64,000 bases of DNA from Gemmatimonadales bacterium (GCA_035500495.1 DATJXC010000073.1:4841-68840), one strand, 5' to 3'. Counted from the stretch's first letter, positions 54,707 through 63,668 are shown. The notes: a model not told the origin generated them from the letters alone. Numbers and translations are program-made.

Positions 54707-55222
54707 TTACCGACCCGGCGGCGGGCCCGGGGGACCCATGATGATGAACCCGTTGCGCGCCGCGATCGGCGCGAGCTTCGCAATGTCCGGAGGGGGCCCG
54801 TCGTGGTGAGGCGGGAGCTCGCGCGCCGGCGCGGGCTGTCCCACGGTCCGCATGAACCCCTCGAACTGCATTGGCGAGAACCCGACGAGGGCACGGGTCG
54901 TGGGCGCTGAGCCATAAAAGGTGTGCGGCACGCCCTTGGGACCGAAGGCGAAGCCGCCGGACGTCAATTCGAGCTTCGTGTCGCCGACCCAGAAGGTGAG
55001 GGCGCCGTCGAGGACGTAGAACCACTCGTCCTCCTCGGGGTGCACGTGCCACGGGGAGCCGAGGCCCTCGGGTACGAGGATCTCGAGCATGCCGAAACGC
55101 CCATCGGTGTCCGCCTTACCGATCTTGACTGTTTGAAGCATGCCGAGGAGCCAGAATGCCTCGCCTTCGTCACGGGCCAGGGCGTATCCCGCCTGGCTCC
55201 GAGCTTCCATGACCGCTTCCAT
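54707..55222 (-). CDS. Cupin protein (quercetinase/QdoI-like)
   Basis: HVHPEEDEWFYVLDG and P.GVPH.F cupin motifs. Confidence 0.82.
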   Translation of the reverse strand: MEAVMEARSQAGYALARDEGEAFWLLGMLQTVKIGKADTDGRFGMLEILVPEGLGSPWHVHPEEDEWFYVLDGALTFWVGDTKLELTSGGFAFGPKGVPHTFYGSAPTTRALVGFSPMQFEGFMRTVGQPAPARELPPHHDGPPPDIAKLAPIAARNGFIIMGPPGPPPGR

Positions 55223-55313
55223 GAGACCCTCCGTGTTACGAGTGAATGAGCGTCAACAGTCGTCCAACCGATTATCGTTGAAACAGGTATATGGTGTCAG
55301 GAACACGGGTTCC

Positions 55314-55796
55314 TCAGGGATACGTTCCCATCCCGTCCAGCACCTGGGCGAGCAGCTGGGACAGCTGGCGGAGCTTCCGCGACCCCACGTGGCCGATGAG
55401 CGCGCGCGGCATCCGCTGGGAGTGCGGGTCCAGCTCGCGCAGCAGCTCGAGCCCCTTCCCCGTGATCTCGACCTCGACCACTCGGCGGTCCTGCTCGCTC
55501 CGCGCCCGCTTCACAAGGCCCCGGGCGTCGAGCCGGTCCACGAGCCGCGTGACGTCCGGCTCGCGGGCAATCGTCCGCTCGCCGATCTCGCCGGCTGTGA
55601 GCGACTGCGGGTGACTCCCCCGCAGGATGCGGAGCACGTTGTACTGGCTGGTGGTCAGGTCGGCTTCGGACTTGAGGAAGCGCTCCCACGGCGCCAGGAT
55701 CCGCGCCGCGACCATGCGGATCCCGAGCATCGCCTCCTGCTCCGGAGAGCCGAACGCCCGTCGTTGCTTGATCTCGTGACCGATGGTGGGATGCAC
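55314..55796 (-). CDS. MarR family transcriptional regulator
   Basis: LT.SQYNVLRILR, DVTRLVDRL..RGLV.R..S.QDRRVV; start placed at GTG 55796. Confidence 0.9.
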   Translation of the reverse strand: MHPTIGHEIKQRRAFGSPEQEAMLGIRMVAARILAPWERFLKSEADLTTSQYNVLRILRGSHPQSLTAGEIGERTIAREPDVTRLVDRLDARGLVKRARSEQDRRVVEVEITGKGLELLRELDPHSQRMPRALIGHVGSRKLRQLSQLLAQVLDGMGTYP

Positions 55797-55803
55797 GGTG
55801 AGG

Positions 55804-55840
55804 AGATTAGTTGTTGGCACGAATATTGTCAAGACTGACA
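55804..55840 (-). promoter_or_regulatory. sigma-70 promoter for marR-cupin with overlapping palindromes (candidate operator)
   Basis: TTGACA (55832-55827)-N17-TAATCT (55809-55804); palindromes TTGGCA-N7-TGTCAA and TGTCA-N4-TGACA. Confidence 0.8.
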
Positions 55841-55860
55841 TCTACCGCTCTTGAACGGGC

Positions 55861-55990
55861 TGTTAGCTTTTCAGTGACGCGTGAAGGTGCGCGTCCCAGG
55901 TTGGGAGCGATCCGCCAGCTTCGACGGATCGAGGCGTTGCCCAAACGGCCCCCCAGCCCCGGTTCCCACAACCAATGGGAGCAGCGCCCG
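55861..55990 (+). promoter_or_regulatory. Extended -10 promoter and structured 5' leader of nadA (riboswitch candidate)
   Basis: TGtTAGCTT at 55861-55869; several hairpins; SD GGGAG within a hairpin. Confidence 0.5.
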
Positions 55991-56959
55991 ATGACCGCAG
56001 GGACCACCACCCCCAGCACCCGCCGCTTGATCGCCGAAATTCAGGAGCTCCGCGTCGAGCGCGGCGCCGCGATTCTCGCGCACAACTACCAGCGCCCGGA
56101 GATCCAGGACCTGGCCGACGTCGTCGCCGACTCGCTGAAAATGGCGCGGAGCGCGACCGAGATCGACGCCGCGGTGCTCGTGATCTGCGGCGTGCACTTC
56201 ATGGCCGAGACCGCCGCGATCGCGAACCCCGGCAAGCGGGTCCTGATCCCCGACCCTACCGCCGGCTGCTCGCTCGCCGCCACGATCCAAGCGGCCGACG
56301 TGCGCGCCTGGCGCGCCACCCACCCGGACGGCCTGGTCGTGTCCTACGTCAATACGTCGGCGGAGGTGAAGGCCGAATCGGATTACTGCTGTACCTCCGG
56401 CAATGCGGTGGCCGTGATCAACGCCCTCCCACCCGACGTGCCGGTGCTGTTCCTGCCCGACTTCTTCCTTGGGAACTACCTGCGACGGGTGACCGGGCGA
56501 GCACTCGACGTCTGGATGGGGGAGTGCCATGTCCACGCCGGATTGACCCGAGAGGCGCTGGAGCAGCGCCGCGCCGAGTATCCCGACGCGGAATTCCTGG
56601 TGCACCCGGAGTGCGGCTGCGTCACGAGTGCCATGTACTACGCCGCAGCCGAAGGCGACGTGGCGAACGGCCGGATGCGGATCGTCTCGACCGAACAGAT
56701 GACCCGGCGAGCCCGGGACTCCAAGGCCCGCCGCTTCGTCGTCGCCACCGAGACCGGCGTCTTGCACCGCCTGCGCCGGGAGAACCCTGGTAAAGATTTC
56801 ATCGCCGCCGCTGAAACCGCCGAGTGCCGTTACATGAAGCAGATCACGCTCGAGAACCTGCGCGATGCCCTGCGTGAGAATCAATACGAGGTGACCGTGC
56901 CGTCCGCGACCGCGGCGCGGGCACGCCGCGCGATCGAGCGGATGCTGGCGATTGGCTGA
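55991..56959 (+). CDS. nadA: Quinolinate synthase
   Basis: ILAHNYQ, CGVHFMAETA, AGCSLA, YVNTSA, CTSGNA, C.VH, HPECGC, C.YMK; start ATG 55991. Confidence 0.96.
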   Translation: MTAGTTTPSTRRLIAEIQELRVERGAAILAHNYQRPEIQDLADVVADSLKMARSATEIDAAVLVICGVHFMAETAAIANPGKRVLIPDPTAGCSLAATIQAADVRAWRATHPDGLVVSYVNTSAEVKAESDYCCTSGNAVAVINALPPDVPVLFLPDFFLGNYLRRVTGRALDVWMGECHVHAGLTREALEQRRAEYPDAEFLVHPECGCVTSAMYYAAAEGDVANGRMRIVSTEQMTRRARDSKARRFVVATETGVLHRLRRENPGKDFIAAAETAECRYMKQITLENLRDALRENQYEVTVPSATAARARRAIERMLAIG

Positions 56960-57803
56960 GCCCGCCTTCGCACTCACGGAAGTGCGTGAGGCCCTGGCGG
57001 AGGACCGGGCCACCGAAGACGTCACCACCCGCCTGTTGGGCGCAGCCGCCGACGGTCCCGCCGTAGCGCGGTTCATTGCCGAGGCTCCTTGCGTCATCGC
57101 CGGTCTCCAGGTCGCCACGACCGTGTTCCGCGAGCTCGACAGAGAAGCCCATCTCGAGGCGGCTCCGGGAATCCGGGACGGCAGTCAGGTCAAGGCGGGT
57201 ACCGTCTTCGCCACCGTGCGCGGTCGGGCCGGCGCGCTGCTCGCCGGGGAACGGGTCGCCCTCAATTTCCTGCAGCGCCTCTCCGGCATCGCCACGCTGA
57301 CCCGTCAGGCCGTCGACGCCGTGGCGGGCACCCGCGCGAAAATCACCCACACGCGGAAGACCACTCCCGGGCTGCGGGCCCTCGAGCTCTATGCCGTGCG
57401 GGCGGGTGGCGGCGTGGAGAACCGGGTGTCACTCGCCGATGCGGTGCTCTGGAAGGACAATCACTGGGCGCTGCTGGAGCGCGACGGGCAAGGCAAGACG
57501 TTGGCCGATCTGCTGCGGTCTGCACCTGCCGTCCCGGTGATCGTAGAGGTAGAGAACGAAACGCAGCTCGAGGCCGCGCTCGCAGCCGGCGTTTCCCATC
57601 TGTTGATCGACAATCAATCGCCCGAGCGCCTCGCCTCCTGGGCCCGGCGCGTGGGGGGGGGCCCCAAGGTCACGATCCAGGCCTCAGGGGGCATCACCTC
57701 AGCGAACGCCCGCGCCTACGCCGAGGCCGGGGCCACCCTCATCGCGATCGGCGCTCTGACTCATTCCGCCCCGGCCATTCCGATCCGCTGCGACCTCTCC
57801 TAG
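56952..57803 (+). CDS. nadC: Quinolinate phosphoribosyltransferase
   Basis: ERVALNFLQRLSGIATLT, TRKTTPG, KDNH, VEVE, ASGGI. Confidence 0.95.
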   Translation: MAEPAFALTEVREALAEDRATEDVTTRLLGAAADGPAVARFIAEAPCVIAGLQVATTVFRELDREAHLEAAPGIRDGSQVKAGTVFATVRGRAGALLAGERVALNFLQRLSGIATLTRQAVDAVAGTRAKITHTRKTTPGLRALELYAVRAGGGVENRVSLADAVLWKDNHWALLERDGQGKTLADLLRSAPAVPVIVEVENETQLEAALAAGVSHLLIDNQSPERLASWARRVGGGPKVTIQASGGITSANARAYAEAGATLIAIGALTHSAPAIPIRCDLS

Positions 57804-59575
57804 GCCCACTCCTTGGCCCGTGCGATCACCGCGGCCATCTGATCTCGGTACTTGGTGAACGTGTCGTCCACCACGTTGAGCGTAGGAATCAACCCGGGCC
57901 GCTTGGACAAGGACAAGGTCGCCGGTTCCCAAGTGCTGAACCCCGACTCATGCACGCCGCTCGAGCCACGCCCCGGCGCCGGATGGGAGAGGTGGGAGAA
58001 ATAGCGCGCGTACGGGACGCCGTGCGGTGAATAGACGTGATACAGCGGAATGAACTCGAGTAGGGCGTCGTAGTGGAATTCTCCGCAGGCGAGCACATGC
58101 GGGTAGCGCGCCCGCAAGTCGGCGACCAGCCGGCGGGTCCCCTCATGCATGTCGGCCGCCGGATTGTTGACCCAGCCGCCGGCGATGTCCAGGAAGTAAG
58201 CATCCACGCCGTAGCGCTCGATGGTGTCGGCGATGCGTCCCCCGAGCCAGCGGCGCCATGACTCGACCCCGAGATTCATGTAGGCGCCCCACCCTTCCTG
58301 GTGCCGGTCGTTGTCCCAGTCCACCCAGTTCAGGTCGAAGCGGTCACCGTCCACTCTGGCGGTCGCGCCATCCGCGATCTGCGAGAAACCGGGCAGGCGA
58401 CGGTTGGCGGCATTCGCACCGAACATCGGCATGAACCGGAAACCGAGGCGGCGCCCCTCCTGCACCAGGCGCCGGAATTCCGTCTCGCCGCCCAGGCGGG
58501 TGGCCGCCTGATAGGTCGGGTAGTCCCAGTAGTAGCGGCCGTCCCAGGCCGGGATGAATGCGAGCACCCGGTCGGCCGGGATCTGCGTGGCGATCCATTG
58601 CAGGATCTCGAGCATCCGGGCGAAATCGTTGAAGACGTATCCCGTGTAGTGCATGCCGTGCAACGTGACAACGAGCGCGGTCTGCCGCAGCCAGGCCGGG
58701 ACGTCGGGGCGCGATTCCCAGGACGGCAGCCGATATGCCCGCTCGAGGTGGGCGTAGTGCGGTGCCACGGCCGCTTCGAGTGTCGCGGCGCGACCGGCTC
58801 GCCACGTCGGCACCCGCACGCGCATCTGATCCAACCACCCTTCGACCTCGTGGACCAGCTCCACCCGATACCCCTGCTCCCCCGGCTGGAAGAAGAAGCG
58901 CTTGGTGCGCACGTGGTCGTCGAGCGAGGACAACGCGACCACGTGCTGGTCAGCGGCCTGGACCGCGACGAGCGGCGTCCCCATCCCCCAGGCGGTGTTA
59001 CCGCCGAACAGGTCGCCGCCGCCGAATGGGTATCCGTAGAGGACCTCGTCGTCCTTGGGATCGAACGGCTCCCCGCCACCCGAAGCAAGGCGGCCGCGCG
59101 GGATACCCCGGAGCACGGTCGTCACGGCCTTGATCGGCTGCGGCAGCTCGGCAGTGATGTCCCATTCCACGGCGTCGTCGACGCGACGCAGCTTCGCTTC
59201 GAGGCGGCCCGTCGCCCGCTCCTGCCCTCCGGCCCAGACGAATCCGGTAGCCGTGAGCGACAGCTCGGCGTCGGTCGCGGTCGCGGTGATCGTGCTTGTA
59301 TCGAGAGTGTAGGCGTTCTCGCGCGTGAACACCAGAAACCCGAAGCGGAATCCGGCAAACTCGACCGCGGGTTCGGGGAAATCAAAACTGACCTTGTTGA
59401 ACGCGCGGCCGCGGGGCGGGATGAAGACCTCCGTAGTGGAAGTGAGCGGCAAGATGGGAACGGGAACACCGAGGACAGGCTCGGATGACGGCGATCCAGG
59501 AGCGGGAGGGATGAGCGCCCCCGCCCCCGCGGCACCCATGGCTTTCAACCAGTCACGTCGCGAAACGGGATCCAC
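57800..59575 (-). CDS. Tat-exported uncharacterised protein with probable glycoside-hydrolase-like TIM barrel
   Basis: SRRDWL Tat motif; aromatic-rich barrel segments WDGRYYWDYP, NLG..SWR.WL, GVDAYFLD. Confidence 0.6.
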   Translation of the reverse strand: MDPVSRRDWLKAMGAAGAGALIPPAPGSPSSEPVLGVPVPILPLTSTTEVFIPPRGRAFNKVSFDFPEPAVEFAGFRFGFLVFTRENAYTLDTSTITATATDAELSLTATGFVWAGGQERATGRLEAKLRRVDDAVEWDITAELPQPIKAVTTVLRGIPRGRLASGGGEPFDPKDDEVLYGYPFGGGDLFGGNTAWGMGTPLVAVQAADQHVVALSSLDDHVRTKRFFFQPGEQGYRVELVHEVEGWLDQMRVRVPTWRAGRAATLEAAVAPHYAHLERAYRLPSWESRPDVPAWLRQTALVVTLHGMHYTGYVFNDFARMLEILQWIATQIPADRVLAFIPAWDGRYYWDYPTYQAATRLGGETEFRRLVQEGRRLGFRFMPMFGANAANRRLPGFSQIADGATARVDGDRFDLNWVDWDNDRHQEGWGAYMNLGVESWRRWLGGRIADTIERYGVDAYFLDIAGGWVNNPAADMHEGTRRLVADLRARYPHVLACGEFHYDALLEFIPLYHVYSPHGVPYARYFSHLSHPAPGRGSSGVHESGFSTWEPATLSLSKRPGLIPTLNVVDDTFTKYRDQMAAVIARAKEWA

Positions 59576-59603
59576 GAAATCGCCTCCGTGTATGACGCGG
59601 GCC

Positions 59604-60395
59604 TCAAGCCGTCGCGCCGCGAAAAGCCCAGGCGCGCGCGGTCAGGCGAATTCTGCCGTCGGGCTCGACGCCCATGCGGCGACGGATTTCCTGTTCCAGC
59701 CGGCCTCGCCGTTCGGGGGACAGGCGCATCGCGTACGTCGGCGCCGGCCCCTGCCCACCGAGGAAGGGGCGCCAATAGTCGTCGAAATCCGGAAACTCCG
59801 TTGGCACGTCGATCTCGCGTACGGCGACGTCCCGAAGGCCGCACTCGTGATACAGGCGCCGCAAGGGTTCCGGTCGACAGAGCGGGAATCGCCGTCCCTC
59901 GTCCAGGGCGCGCGCCGCGGGATCAAGCGCCACGGCGGCATCCCAGAACACGCGCATCAGCTCCATCCCCTCGGCGTAATCCCACACATAGCCGGCGATC
60001 GTTACGCCGGGCCGGGCCCGGGACATGAGCGCCTCGATTCCGGCCCGGGGATCGGGCAGGAAGTTGAGCACGAGCCCGGCGACGCAGGCGTCGAATCCAC
60101 CCTCGGTGCCCGGCAGGTCAGACAGCTCCGCCACCACGAACCGGGCGCGCGCATCCGGCATCCGCCGTGCGGCGAAGTCCACATAGCTCGGCGAGCGGTC
60201 GCAGCCGATCACCAATCGCGGATCGGCGTGCTCGAAAATCGCGCCGGTCAGCGCGCCGGTCCCGCAACCGAAATCGAGCCAGGCGGATTGTGCTGGGAGA
60301 TCGAGCCAGCGGACGAATTGCGGGGCCACCAGTCGACTCCATCGGCCCACGTACAGTTCATATCGGTCGCCATCCGCCCAGACGTCCGCCGGCAT
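59604..60395 (-). CDS. Class I SAM-dependent methyltransferase
   Basis: YE.YVGRWS, WLDFGCGTG, CDRS; start ATG 60395. Confidence 0.88.
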   Translation of the reverse strand: MPADVWADGDRYELYVGRWSRLVAPQFVRWLDLPAQSAWLDFGCGTGALTGAIFEHADPRLVIGCDRSPSYVDFAARRMPDARARFVVAELSDLPGTEGGFDACVAGLVLNFLPDPRAGIEALMSRARPGVTIAGYVWDYAEGMELMRVFWDAAVALDPAARALDEGRRFPLCRPEPLRRLYHECGLRDVAVREIDVPTEFPDFDDYWRPFLGGQGPAPTYAMRLSPERRGRLEQEIRRRMGVEPDGRIRLTARAWAFRGATA

Positions 60396-60814
60396 TACTC
60401 CCCTGCCTGTGCCTGCATGCGGCGCAGCAACCAGCGGCCGTCGCGCTCCTCGCGCCAAAGCGCAACGAAGTGCCCGGTGGCCGTGGCGGGCGGTCGATCG
60501 GGAACGATGGCTCGCTGGTAGAACTGTCCCCATTGCATCACGCCGGAATCGGTGGTGACGACCGAGTCGGCCCACATGGCGGTTGAATCCACTCGCACAT
60601 TCGTGAAGGTTGCGAGAAAGGCCCCAATCGCCGCCGGTCCGCGGATCGACCGGCTCGGGGTGACGAGCTCTCCATCTGGGGCGTAGAGCGCCGCGATGGA
60701 GTCGCCCTGCTCATGGCGCACGAAGCTGTTGTATCGCACCAGCGTGGCGGTCAGATCCGGAGTCGGGGCGACGCGGCAACCCATGATCCCGCAGAGCAGG
60801 ACGAGCCTCGTCAC
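60395..60814 (-). CDS. Exported NTF2-like (DUF4440/SnoaL) protein, possible lipoprotein
   Basis: IAALYA.DG, GPAAI..F, G.F...W.....G.W; IMGC possible lipobox. Confidence 0.7.
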   Translation of the reverse strand: MTRLVLLCGIMGCRVAPTPDLTATLVRYNSFVRHEQGDSIAALYAPDGELVTPSRSIRGPAAIGAFLATFTNVRVDSTAMWADSVVTTDSGVMQWGQFYQRAIVPDRPPATATGHFVALWREERDGRWLLRRMQAQAGE

Positions 60815-61101
60815 ACCGGGGTCCGGGCCTCCGGCTCCGGCAGACGCGGGGACTCACGCTCCTGCACGAGGCGCCGCTCGACGAAGTCCAGCCGCTCCTC
60901 GAGCTCGACGATCCGCTGCCCCAGCTCCGCCTCGAGCCGCTCGGCGTCCTCGCGCAGCCCCTGGACGATCGAGTCCGGTTCACCCGGGGGCAGCGGCTTA
61001 GCCCGGGCGCGGAGCCACATCCGGAGCGCCGTCAACCCGGTTCCCGCGCACAGGAGAAAGGCGATGACTGCTTTGATGAATGCGACGTCCGATGGATCCA
61101 T
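60811..61101 (-). CDS. Small TM + coiled-coil protein
   Basis: ATG 61101; one TM, then LEERLDFVERRL heptads. Confidence 0.65.
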   Translation of the reverse strand: MDPSDVAFIKAVIAFLLCAGTGLTALRMWLRARAKPLPPGEPDSIVQGLREDAERLEAELGQRIVELEERLDFVERRLVQERESPRLPEPEARTPV

Positions 61102-61114
61102 GGGTCCCCCTCGA

Positions 61115-61408
61115 CTACTTCGGGGTGACGATCCGGTCCTCGGCTTGCTTGAGCCTCGGTGCCGGTACCCGATCAGCCACGATGCGCGACAGGAACTCCT
61201 GCCCGTTCGCGAGCTGATTGAGCTGATCGGCGAGGGTCGCGATGTCCTGCTCCAGGCGGTCCACGGCCGATTCGGGGGGCGCGCCGCTGAGCTGTCGCTC
61301 CAGGCTCCTGATGCGGCGATGGGCTCGCAGCCAGCCGATCCCGAACACCACCGTGAGGGTACCGGTGACCGCGAACATAGTGGCGAGGATGGCGAAGGCT
61401 TCATTCAT
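61115..61408 (-). CDS. Small TM + coiled-coil protein (similar architecture to neighbour)
   Basis: One TM, then LEQDIATLADQLNQLANGQEFL heptads. Confidence 0.65.
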   Translation of the reverse strand: MNEAFAILATMFAVTGTLTVVFGIGWLRAHRRIRSLERQLSGAPPESAVDRLEQDIATLADQLNQLANGQEFLSRIVADRVPAPRLKQAEDRIVTPK

Positions 61409-61445
61409 AGTAGATTCTTACCGTCCCCTCGAGAGAGCGTCAATC

Positions 61446-63119
61446 GTGCGACTCGTGATCCTCGTGGCATCCCTCACGTCGCTCGGCAGCTCCGCCGCGG
61501 CGGCCCAGAACCCACGCGCATTCAGCCACGCGGATACGCTGCGCGGCTCCCTGACCGCTCCGGCCAGAACGTGGTGGGACGTCACGTTCTACGATCTGCA
61601 TGTCGCGATCACCCCGGCCGATTCGAGCATCCGTGGCTGGAACGGCATCACCTACCGCGTCCTTACCCCATCTGCCGAGATGCAGATCGACCTGATGGTG
61701 CCCCTGGACGTCGATAGCATGATCCAGGACGGCGCGCGCGTCCAGTACCGGCGCGACGGGAATGCTTTCTTTGCCGAGCTCACCGCCGCCCAACCAAAGG
61801 GCGCGGTGAAGACCATCACCGTCTATTACCACGGGCATCCCCAACCGGCCAAACGGCCGCCCTGGGACGGCGGTTTCACCTGGACCACGGACAGCCTCGG
61901 CCGGCCCTGGATCGTGACGACCGACCAGGATCTGGGCGCGTCCGTCTGGTGGCCCGACAAAGACACCCAGGCCGACGAGCCCGACAGCCAGCGCATCGCC
62001 CTGACCGTCCCCGATCCGTTGATCGACGCGTCGAACGGACGGTTGCGTAACACGACTCACAACCCGGACGGCACGACGACCTACGAGTGGTTCGTCGTGA
62101 ACCCGATCAATAACTACGCCGTCGCGGTCGGGGCCGGTTCCTACACCCATTTCAGCGACACGCTGCAGGGGGAGCGCGGTCCGCTCACCATGGACTTCTG
62201 GCCGCTCGATTACCACCTCGACGCCGCCAAACGCCAGTTCGCCCAGGCGAAGTCGATGCTGCACTGCTTCGAGCACTGGTTCGGGCCCTACCCCTGGTAC
62301 GAGGATGGCTACAAGCTGGTCGAGGTCCCGCATCCCGGCATGGAGCACCAGAGCGCCGTGGCGTATGGGAACTACTACGCCAACGGCTACCGGGGCCGGG
62401 ACGCCTCGGGCACGGGGCTCGGCATGAAGTGGGACTTCATCATCGTGCACGAGAGCGCCCACGAATGGTTCGGCAACAACATCACGGCCAAGGATGAAGC
62501 CGATATCTGGGTGCACGAGAGCTTCGCGAATTATGCCGAGAATCTCTACACGGAGTGCCTGTTCGGCCGGGACTCGGGCGCCGCGTACGTCATCGGCACC
62601 CGGCGCGGCATCCGCAACGACATCCCGATCGAGGGACCGTTCGGCGTCAACGCCGACGGCTCCGGAGACCGTTACCCCAAGGGCGGTAACCTGCTGCATA
62701 CGATCCGGCAGATCGTGGGCGACGACGAGAAGTGGCGCGGCATCCTGCGCGGCTTGAACCAGACCTTCTGGCACCAGACGGTGACGGGGGCGCAGATCGA
62801 AGCCTACATTTCAGAGCACGCCGGCACTGACCTCACCAAAGTGTTCGATCAGTACCTGCGGACCACCAAGATCCCGGTGCTCGAGTACAAGACCGAGGGG
62901 TCAACCCTCAGTTTTCGCTGGACCAATGTGGTGCCGGGGTTCGCCATGCCCGTGAAGGTGACGCTCAGCGATGGACAGTTCAGCCTGATCCATCCCAGCG
63001 AAGCATGGCAAACGACCGGGGTGCAGCTCTCGAATCCCGCCTCGTTCAAGGTGGACCCGAATTATTACGTGACCACGCACAACGGCGCCGTGGCCGACTC
63101 GACGGCACCGGGTAAGTGA
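61446..63119 (+). CDS. Exported M1 family Zn aminopeptidase
   Basis: Signal peptide from GTG 61446; GMEHQ (GxMEN-like), HESAHEWFGN (HExxH), downstream E in HESF. Confidence 0.9.
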   Translation: MRLVILVASLTSLGSSAAAAQNPRAFSHADTLRGSLTAPARTWWDVTFYDLHVAITPADSSIRGWNGITYRVLTPSAEMQIDLMVPLDVDSMIQDGARVQYRRDGNAFFAELTAAQPKGAVKTITVYYHGHPQPAKRPPWDGGFTWTTDSLGRPWIVTTDQDLGASVWWPDKDTQADEPDSQRIALTVPDPLIDASNGRLRNTTHNPDGTTTYEWFVVNPINNYAVAVGAGSYTHFSDTLQGERGPLTMDFWPLDYHLDAAKRQFAQAKSMLHCFEHWFGPYPWYEDGYKLVEVPHPGMEHQSAVAYGNYYANGYRGRDASGTGLGMKWDFIIVHESAHEWFGNNITAKDEADIWVHESFANYAENLYTECLFGRDSGAAYVIGTRRGIRNDIPIEGPFGVNADGSGDRYPKGGNLLHTIRQIVGDDEKWRGILRGLNQTFWHQTVTGAQIEAYISEHAGTDLTKVFDQYLRTTKIPVLEYKTEGSTLSFRWTNVVPGFAMPVKVTLSDGQFSLIHPSEAWQTTGVQLSNPASFKVDPNYYVTTHNGAVADSTAPGK

Positions 63120-63137
63120 ATGCGACCGGGAGGTCGG

Positions 63138-63668
63138 TCAGGTGGTGCGAAACAGGCAGTGCGGCTCGCCCCCGTGTATCACCTCCCGCTCGTACGCCAG
63201 CCCTGCCTTCTGCAAGACGCGCTGCGACGCCAGGTTGCTCGGCCGGGTCACCGCCACGAACGAGGTCCGCGTGAGCTCGCGGCGTCCCAACGCCAGGCAC
63301 GCCAGCGTCACCTCGGTCGCGAGACCCTGCCCCCAGAACGGCTGATAGAAGGCATAGCCGACCTCGATCTCGTCGACGGCATCGACCAGGAGATGTCGTA
63401 ACACGGCCCGCCCGATCGGCTCGCCGCCTCCCCGCTCGCGCAGGATCCAGAGACCGAACCCATAGTCGGCCCAGTGCTGCAGGTTGCGGGCGAGGTAGAC
63501 CGCGGTTTCCGCATCATCACGCACGCCACCGAGATGCCGCATCACCGCGGGGTCGCGATGCATGCGCCGGATCTCGGAGAGGTGTTCGGGCGTCAGACGC
63601 TCGGCCCGGAGGCGGGCGGTCGTGAACGCATCGAGCGCGGGCAGGCCCGAGCTCGTGGCATCGGTCAT
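63138..63668 (-). CDS. RimJ/RimL-type GNAT acetyltransferase
   Basis: T.RL..ER, IEVGYAF...FWGQGLATE, N.ASQRVL.K.G. Confidence 0.88.
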   Translation of the reverse strand: MTDATSSGLPALDAFTTARLRAERLTPEHLSEIRRMHRDPAVMRHLGGVRDDAETAVYLARNLQHWADYGFGLWILRERGGGEPIGRAVLRHLLVDAVDEIEVGYAFYQPFWGQGLATEVTLACLALGRRELTRTSFVAVTRPSNLASQRVLQKAGLAYEREVIHGGEPHCLFRTT

